Source: an uncultured Actinomycetes bacterium
GTDB lineage: Bacteria; Actinomycetota; UBA4738; HRBIN12
Assembly: GCA_963794065.1 (NCBI GenBank)
Contig: CAWCDA010000057.1
Span: forward strand, 13,634 to 77,633
DNA length: 64,000 nt
Direction of reading: 5' to 3'
Shown: piece by piece, positions 58,364-64,000 of the stretch
Position numbering within the stretch: position 1 is the stretch's first letter
How the letters are laid out: each line of letters opens with the position of its first letter
Position numbers and translations under genes: made by a program
Notes under the pieces: generated by a model
What the model was told of the DNA's origin: nothing
The model's database searches: none
The model's input: the letters and a program-made list of their open reading frames with translations, nothing else

Positions 58364-58433
58364 CGGCGCACAGGGTACAAGTCCGGTCCCGAGGTGACAG
58401 GGAGCGTGGCCCGGGAACGGACCCCAGATATGC

Positions 58434-58472
58434 CTGAGGGCCGACAGCTGGAGGGAGCTGCCGGCCCCTCAG
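58434..58472. other. strong imperfect hairpin (15 bp stem, GGAGGG loop) in the long trkA / HK3 intergenic region
   Basis: CTGAGGGCCGACAGCT-GGAGGG-AGCTGCCGGCCCCTCAG pairs as 7+3+5 bp with one bulge and one mismatch. No U-tract on either strand. Confidence 0.5.
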
Positions 58473-58590
58473 ACGGGCTCGGAGGAAAGTGGTGTGTGGT
58501 GCTCCTTCCCGCTTGCCCGCCGTCGGGGGTGACATCCCTTCGCCGGTCGTGCGAGAACCTCTTTCCATGTGCAAGCGTCGTCCTCTCGGC

Positions 58591-58640
58591 GTGAGGGCGG
58601 CGTGAAGGATGCCGGGCGCCGCGTGAAGAACTCGTGAAGG
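58591..58640 (+). repeat. four direct CGTGA(A/G)G(G/A) heptamer repeats at 11/21/11-bp spacing, candidate KdpE-like regulator boxes
   Basis: GTGAGGG 58591-97, GTGAAGG 58602-08, GTGAAGA 58623-29 and GTGAAGG 58634-40. They lie 41-90 nt upstream of the HK3 start. Confidence 0.45.
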
Positions 58641-58680
58641 CCCTTTCGGCGTTGGATCGGCCTCGGCGCGGCGGTAGCGT

Positions 58681-60129
58681 GTGCGCGTGGCCACCGAGCG
58701 CAGGGATTCCCGCATCGAACGGATCTCGTGGCGGGCGGTCCTCATCGGGCTGGTGGCCGTCGCATGTGCTGCCCTGCTTGCGCTCTTGACCAGAGAGCTG
58801 GGGCCAGGCTCGTCGACGGCGATCTTCATGCTGGCCGTCACGATGGCCGCGGTTAGCGGCGGGATCTGGGCCGGGGTGGTCGCCGCTTTGCTCGCCTCGA
58901 TGATCTCTCCGGTGATCGAGCATCCCGACCTCGGGCTGCAGTTCGAACAGCTGCGCGACGTCATCGCCGCGGTCGTGTTCCTCGCGATCGCGGCGGTGGT
59001 CGGCCTGGTCGTGGGCAACGCCGCCGTCGAGCGACGGCGTGCGACCGAGCGCGAGCGGGAGGCCAGGCTCTTGGCCTTCCTCTCGACCAAACTGTTGTCG
59101 GGGGATGTGCCGGACCGGGTGCTCGACGAGTTCGTCGACGTCCTGCTCGTGCCCTTCGGGCTCGCCTCGTGCACCGTCCAGGTCACGCTCGACGGTCAGC
59201 CGATGTCCGCGACGGCGACCCGCGAGGGTCTCGAGCCCGGTGGACCGACCGAGCTCGTGCCGGTCGTGGTCGCGTCGATCCCGCTTGGCACGCTTTCGGC
59301 CGAACGGCCCGTGCGCGGTCGTCCGTTCACGAAGCGCGAACGTGAGCTGCTCGAGGCCGCGACCCGTCAAGCCGCCGTCGCGTTGGACCGGGCCCGGTTG
59401 GACGCCCGCGCGCGGCTCGCGCAGCTCGACGCCGAGACGAACCAGCTGCGCGCGGCGATGTTCTCCTCGGTCACCCACGACCTGCGCACGCCGCTCGCGT
59501 CGATCAAGGCCGGCGTGACGAGCCTGCTCGATCAGTCGACGACGCTTGGGGTGGAGCGGGAGCGGGATCTGCTGCTCACGATCCTGGAGGAGACCGACCG
59601 GTTGAACCGCCTGGTAGGCAACATCCTGGATCTCGCGCGGATCCGAGCGGGCGCGCTCATCCCTCGGCAGGTGCCGACCTCGGTGGACGAGGTCGCCGAA
59701 GTGGTGGTGGCGCGGATGCGCGCTCGCCTCGGCTCGGTCCGGCTTGAGCTCGCGATCGCACCCGACCTCCCCGAGATCGCTGCCGACCCGGTGCAGCTGG
59801 ACCAGGTGCTGACGAACCTGCTGGAGAACGCCGCCCGACACTCCCCGAGCGGTGGCATCGTGCGCGTCCACGTCGGCCTTGCGGAGCACGGCGTCCGGGT
59901 CCGCGTCAGCGACGAGGGCCCCGGGATCCCTCCGGAGCAACGGGAGAAGGTCTTCGAAGCCTTCTATCGTGGCCGCGAAGAGCCGGAGCGTCCGGGGAGC
60001 GGCCTCGGGCTCGCGATCGCTCGCGCGATCGTGACGGCGCACGGTGGACGCATCTGGGTCGAGGAGACGACGGGCGGCGGCGCCGCGGTGGTGTTCGATC
60101 TGCCGATCGAGGAGGAGGTGGAGGCGTGA
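58681..60129 (+). CDS. KdpD-type sensor histidine kinase lacking the KdpD/Usp domains, paralog 3
   Basis: ORF 58681..60129 (alternative GTG at 58687). Four TM helices and H-box SSVTHDLRTPLASI. Confidence 0.85.
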   Translation: MRVATERRDSRIERISWRAVLIGLVAVACAALLALLTRELGPGSSTAIFMLAVTMAAVSGGIWAGVVAALLASMISPVIEHPDLGLQFEQLRDVIAAVVFLAIAAVVGLVVGNAAVERRRATEREREARLLAFLSTKLLSGDVPDRVLDEFVDVLLVPFGLASCTVQVTLDGQPMSATATREGLEPGGPTELVPVVVASIPLGTLSAERPVRGRPFTKRERELLEAATRQAAVALDRARLDARARLAQLDAETNQLRAAMFSSVTHDLRTPLASIKAGVTSLLDQSTTLGVERERDLLLTILEETDRLNRLVGNILDLARIRAGALIPRQVPTSVDEVAEVVVARMRARLGSVRLELAIAPDLPEIAADPVQLDQVLTNLLENAARHSPSGGIVRVHVGLAEHGVRVRVSDEGPGIPPEQREKVFEAFYRGREEPERPGSGLGLAIARAIVTAHGGRIWVEETTGGGAAVVFDLPIEEEVEA

Positions 60130-60809
60130 AGGTGCTGGTTGTCGACGACGAACCGCAGATCCGTCGCGCCCTGCGCACGACCCTCGAGGCCCACGGGTAC
60201 GTCGTGGAAACGGTCGGCACCGGGGACGAAGGAGTCGTCGCGGCCGCGGGGCAGCCTCCCGAACTGATCCTGCTGGACCTCGGCCTGCCGGACATGGACG
60301 GGACCGAGGTGATCCGGCGGGTCCGGGCCTTCTCCGAGGTGCCGATCATCGTGCTGTCCGTGCGGGAGAGCCAGACGGACAAGGTCGCCGCGCTCGACGC
60401 GGGCGCCGACGATTACGTCACGAAGCCGTTCGGCATGGAGGAGCTGCTGGCACGGTCCCGGGCGGCGCTCCGCCGCCGAGGCACCGAGGAGCCAACGGTC
60501 CCGGTGCTCGCCTTCGGTGATCTGCAGGTGGATCTCGCTCGCCGCCTGGTGACGAGCGAGGAGGAGCAGGTACGTCTGACGCCGACCGAATATGGCCTCC
60601 TCGAGGCGTTCGTGACCAATCCGGGGAAGCTGCTTACCCACCAGTGGCTCCTGCGGCGTGTTTGGGGACAGGGGTACGGCACCGAGACCACGTACCTGCG
60701 CACCTACGTCCGGGCGCTCCGCAAGAAACTCGGCGACGACGCATCGGCTCCCGCGCTGATCGTGACCGAGCCGGGGGTCGGGTATCGATGGATCGCGGAG
60801 CCGAGCTGA
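60126..60809 (+). CDS. KdpE-like OmpR-family response regulator, paralog 3
   Basis: ORF 60126..60809, with GTGA overlap onto HK3. Motifs VLVVDDEPQIRR, DDYVTKPF and EPGVGYRW. Confidence 0.9.
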   Translation: MKVLVVDDEPQIRRALRTTLEAHGYVVETVGTGDEGVVAAAGQPPELILLDLGLPDMDGTEVIRRVRAFSEVPIIVLSVRESQTDKVAALDAGADDYVTKPFGMEELLARSRAALRRRGTEEPTVPVLAFGDLQVDLARRLVTSEEEQVRLTPTEYGLLEAFVTNPGKLLTHQWLLRRVWGQGYGTETTYLRTYVRALRKKLGDDASAPALIVTEPGVGYRWIAEPS

Positions 60810-60843
60810 CGCTCTCGGCCGTCGTCACAGGCCGTAGCATCTG

Positions 60844-63186
60844 GTGCCGATGAGCAGCGCATCGAAGGGATCGACGGGCTCGGTCGCCAAGCGGGTCCTG
60901 GTGGGTCGGGCGTTCAACAGCGCGAACCTCGAGCACACGCTGTTGCCGAAGGTGCTCGCCCTGCCCGTCTTCGCCTCCGACGCCCTGTCCTCGGTCGCAT
61001 ACGCCTCGGGCGAGATCTTGCTCGCACTGACGCTGGCCACCACCACGCCGACGAAGTACGTGATGCCGATCTCCTTCGCGATCGCCGCCCTGATGGCGAT
61101 CGTGGTGAGCTCCTACCGCCAGACCGTTCGCGCCTATCCCGGTGGCGGTGGCGCCTACATCGTCAGCAAGGAGAACCTGGGCGTGTTCGCCGGCCTGGTC
61201 GCCGCCGCCGCCCTGCTCTTCGACTACATGATGACGGTCGTCGTGTCGATCGTGGCGGGGGTGTTCGCGATCGGGTCCGCGTTCCCGTGGGCGAACGAGC
61301 ACAAGGTCCTCCTCTCGCTGACCTTCGTCGGTCTGATCACCTTGGCGAACCTTCGCGGCACGAAGGAATCGGGGACGCTCTTCGCGATCCCGACCTACGG
61401 CTTCGTGGTGTCGATCCTCGTGTTGATCAGCGTCGGCGTCGTCAAGTGCCTCAACGGGTGCCCGACCGTGGTGCCGTCGCCCCACCAGGTCGAGACGGCG
61501 ACGGCGGTGGCGGGGATCACGATCTTCGCCCTGCTCAAGGCGTTCTCGCAGGGCGCCACGGCCCTGACGGGGGTCGAGGCCATCTCCAACGGCGTCCCGG
61601 CTTTCAAGCGCCCGCAGGCGAGGAACGCCGCGGCGACCCTGGCGATCATGGGCACGATCGCCGTGACGATGTTCCTGGGCATCTCGTATCTGGTGACCCA
61701 CGTGCACGGCGTGGTCGCCAGCGAGGAGCAGTCCGCGGTCGCGCAGGTGGCCAACGCGGTCTTCGGCGGCAGTTCGCTCGGTTTCTACATCGTGCAGACG
61801 TTCACCGCCCTGATCCTCATCCTCGCGGCGAACACGGCCTACCAGGACTTTCCGCGGCTCGCCTCGATCCTCGGCCGCGATCGCTACATGCCGAGCCAGT
61901 TCGTGAACCGCGGCGATCGCCTCGTCTTCTCCAACGGCGTCATCGTGCTGGGCCTGTTGTCGGCGCTGATGATCTACGTCTTCGACGCGAGCCTCGACAG
62001 GCTGATCCATTTCTACGTGGTGGGAGTGTTCACCTCGTTCACCTTGTCGCAGAGCGGGATGGTCCGCCACTGGATCCTGGAGGGGCGCAAGGGCGAGAAC
62101 GCGATGAAAGGCTGGCGACGCTCGATCGTGATCAACATCATCGGCGCGGTCACGACGTTCGTCGTGCTGATCGTCGTGATCGCGTCGAAGTTCAAGGACG
62201 GGGCGTGGCTCTCGATCCTGATCATGGCGCTTCTCGTGCCGGTGTTTTATGCGATCCACCGTCACTACATGTGGGTGCGATCGGTCGTCCATCGCGGGGT
62301 CGAGCGTGTCGGCGTCGTCGGGACCAATCACATCGTGCTGCTCGTGCGCGAGATCGACCCGTCGGTCGCCGAGGCGCTGGGCTATGTCCGGTCTCTACGG
62401 CCGGAGTCGCTGCACGCGATCACCCCCGGCGAGACCGTCGATCCTGATCTCGCACGGCGATGGAGCGACTTCGCCGGCCGCCAGACGCCCGCGCTGACCC
62501 CGATCGGCGCCGGCAGCCTCACCGCCGGTGTGCGCCGGTTCGTGGCCTCCCTCGACCTGACGCCCCACGACGTCGTCACCGTGGTGGTGCCCGAGATGGT
62601 CGGCGACCATCTGACGAGTCACGTCGTGCACACGAAGGACCTCGTGCGTCTCAAGGCGGCGATGCTCGGCATCCCGCACGTCGTCGTCACCGATGTCCCC
62701 GTCGTGAGCACGCACGAGGGGCCGCGCGGCGTGGACGCCAAGCCGCTGATCCCGCATCGCACCGTCGCCCTCGTGTTCGTGTCGGGGGTGAACGACCTCA
62801 CGATCCGCGCGGTGAACTACGCGAAGTCGCTCGATGCCAGCGTCACCCGCGCGATCTACTTCGACCTGGACCCGGAGCAGGCGCACCGTCTCGAAACCGC
62901 GTGGTTCGACGCTGCCCTCGAGATTCCGCTCGACATCGTGGAGGCGCCGTTCCGCGACCTCACCGGGCCGATGCTGGAGGAGGTGCGGCGCTACTCGTCC
63001 GACCCGGGCACGGTCGTCGACGTGATCGTGCCCGAGGTGATCGTGTCGCATTGGTGGCAGCTGCCCTTGCACAACCAGAACGCCTTGTTCATCAAGCGCC
63101 TGTTCCTGTTCGAGGATCGTGTCGTCCTGACCAGCGTGCCCATGCTCGTCAAGGGGACCCCCAAGCGCGAGACCGAGACGGTCTGA
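60844..63186 (+). CDS. KimA-like APC-superfamily K+ importer with tandemly duplicated C-terminal cytoplasmic domain (780 aa)
   Basis: ORF 60844..63186. Blocks ASDALSSVAYASGEIL, YRQTVRAYPGGGGAYIVSKENLG, LLKAFSQGATALTGVEAISNGVPAFKRPQARNAA, LAANTAYQDFPRL, GDRLVFSNGV and YVVGVFTSFTLSQSGM track my recollection of B. subtilis KimA (YdaO) closely. Confidence 0.8.
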   Translation: MPMSSASKGSTGSVAKRVLVGRAFNSANLEHTLLPKVLALPVFASDALSSVAYASGEILLALTLATTTPTKYVMPISFAIAALMAIVVSSYRQTVRAYPGGGGAYIVSKENLGVFAGLVAAAALLFDYMMTVVVSIVAGVFAIGSAFPWANEHKVLLSLTFVGLITLANLRGTKESGTLFAIPTYGFVVSILVLISVGVVKCLNGCPTVVPSPHQVETATAVAGITIFALLKAFSQGATALTGVEAISNGVPAFKRPQARNAAATLAIMGTIAVTMFLGISYLVTHVHGVVASEEQSAVAQVANAVFGGSSLGFYIVQTFTALILILAANTAYQDFPRLASILGRDRYMPSQFVNRGDRLVFSNGVIVLGLLSALMIYVFDASLDRLIHFYVVGVFTSFTLSQSGMVRHWILEGRKGENAMKGWRRSIVINIIGAVTTFVVLIVVIASKFKDGAWLSILIMALLVPVFYAIHRHYMWVRSVVHRGVERVGVVGTNHIVLLVREIDPSVAEALGYVRSLRPESLHAITPGETVDPDLARRWSDFAGRQTPALTPIGAGSLTAGVRRFVASLDLTPHDVVTVVVPEMVGDHLTSHVVHTKDLVRLKAAMLGIPHVVVTDVPVVSTHEGPRGVDAKPLIPHRTVALVFVSGVNDLTIRAVNYAKSLDASVTRAIYFDLDPEQAHRLETAWFDAALEIPLDIVEAPFRDLTGPMLEEVRRYSSDPGTVVDVIVPEVIVSHWWQLPLHNQNALFIKRLFLFEDRVVLTSVPMLVKGTPKRETETV

Positions 63187-63205
63187 GCGCGCTAGCATCG
63201 AAGCC

Positions 63206-63685
63206 ATGAACATCCGCCCCGCGACCAAGGACGACCTCGTCTTCCTCCGCAAGATGCTCTACGAGGCGGCACGCTGGAACCCGGATTGGCCACGGGAGCC
63301 GATGGAGGAGGTCCTCGCCGAGCCCATGCTGTTGCGGTACTACCAGGGCTGGGGCCGGGCCGGCGACGGCGGCGTGCTCGCCGAGATCGAGGGGGACCCT
63401 GTGGGCGCGGCGTGGTACCGGCTCTTCACGGACGGTGCACCCGGCTACGGCTTCGTCGACGAGAAGACTCCCGAGCTGTCGATCGCCGTCGTGCCCCTCC
63501 ACCGCCGCAAAGGCATCGGCGAAGCGGTCCTTCGCTCGTGCATGGTCCAGGCACGGGAGGAGGGCTTCCAGGCACTGTCGCTGTCGGTGGCCGCGCACAA
63601 CCGCTCGCGGATGATGTACCAGCGAGCCGGGTTCGAGCGCGTGGCGGAATCCGGGGATCACTGGACGATGGTCGCCAACCTCTAG
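63206..63685 (+). CDS. GNAT family N-acetyltransferase
   Basis: ORF 63206..63685 with motif VPLHRRKGIGEAVL. Confidence 0.85.
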   Translation: MNIRPATKDDLVFLRKMLYEAARWNPDWPREPMEEVLAEPMLLRYYQGWGRAGDGGVLAEIEGDPVGAAWYRLFTDGAPGYGFVDEKTPELSIAVVPLHRRKGIGEAVLRSCMVQAREEGFQALSLSVAAHNRSRMMYQRAGFERVAESGDHWTMVANL

Positions 63686-63698
63686 CGAGGCCTGCGGA

Positions 63699-64000
63699 TC
63701 AGTCGACGATGTCCATCGCGAGCGCTCGGCGGCGCTTGCGGACCCACCAGATCACGCCGATCACGAGGGCGATGCCCACCGCGATCGAGACCGGAACGAA
63801 GTACTGCTCCAGGGTCTGCCATTGGGAGCCGAGGGCTCTGCCGGCGAAGGCGAGGCCCACGCACCACGGGATCACCCCGAACAGGGTGAAGAGGGTGAAG
63901 CGCCGGAGGTCCATCCGGGCGACGCCGGCGGGCAGGCTGACGAACGCGCGGATCAGCGGGACGAGCCGGCCGAGGAATACGACGGCCTCTCCCCGGCGTT
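63699..64000 (-). CDS. DedA/SNARE-associated family membrane protein, 5' end outside the window
   Basis: The frame of ORF 63699..63914 stays open to the window end. The upstream part reads RRGEAVVFLGRLVPLIRAFVSLPAGVARM, the DedA signature region. Confidence 0.8.
   Translation of the reverse strand, partial: RRGEAVVFLGRLVPLIRAFVSLPAGVARMDLRRFTLFTLFGVIPWCVGLAFAGRALGSQWQTLEQYFVPVSIAVGIALVIGVIWWVRKRRRALAMDIVD

Noticed and set aside
58394-58594. 66-aa ORF inside the trkA/HK3 intergenic region
   Set aside because: It has a GTG start without a ribosome-binding site. Its third-position GC is clearly lower than in neighbouring genes. The sequence is not protein-like and overlaps the strong hairpin.
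58364-58680. Outright call of a c-di-AMP (ydaO/kimA-class) riboswitch
   Set aside because: Isolated matches exist (GGGGGUGACAUCC, AACCUC...AAGCGU). I could not find the GGGGGACCCA-type element or a consistent P1 enclosing both halves. An 11-nt insertion also splits the 3' conserved block. I kept it as a hypothesis in the findings, not as a feature.
1-64000. CRISPR arrays, tRNA/rRNA genes, insertion sequences, integrases, phage genes and known defence systems
   Set aside because: Visual scanning found no regularly spaced repeats, no tRNA-like T-arm or anticodon architecture, and no transposase, integrase or phage-like translations. The DUF1998 helicase is the fused MrfA/YprA repair type with no DISARM-like partners.

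Overview
High-GC, densely coding, actinobacterial-style chromosomal segment. G+C was judged by eye, not computed. I found no rRNA, tRNA, CRISPR array, transposase or integrase. All protein family calls come from reading the supplied translations and recognising motifs, because no database search was possible. From 0 to 34 kb the window holds housekeeping and accessory genes. These include two TetR loci with clear palindromic operators, an aldo/keto reductase, GNATs, an apparently orphan PIN toxin, a nucleotidyltransferase/P-loop kinase/APH trio, two RibD_C-type reductases, two class III cyclases (one membrane-bound, one zinc-ribbon-STAND-TPR giant), an ArsR-SRPBCC pair next to a stand-alone clpP, a PotD-type ABC importer lacking an ATPase, and an MrfA-like helicase. 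From 34 to 63 kb there is an unusual concentration of cation-homeostasis genes: two divergent CaCA exchangers, nhaA, crcB plus DUF190, an H+-pyrophosphatase, kdpFABC, two KimA-like APC K+ importers and tandem trkA (RCK) genes. The most interesting signal is in the K+ part. The KdpD sensor kinase is split: a free-standing KdpD-N/Usp protein is encoded separately, while three paralogous kinases begin directly at the DUF4118 membrane block. Each of those kinases has its own KdpE-like regulator and sits next to a different K+ uptake system. The three kinase upstream regions share CGT(G/A)A(A/G)G(G/A) heptamers at 11-bp-multiple spacing. Two short unlisted ORFs flank kdpFABC: a 27-aa peptide upstream of kdpF and a 110-aa ORF after kdpC. 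Several genes carry frame disruptions or internal deletions (a second two-component system, one KimA-like gene, a phosphoesterase, a PCD-VOC fusion). This means either genuine pseudogenisation or indel errors in the assembly.
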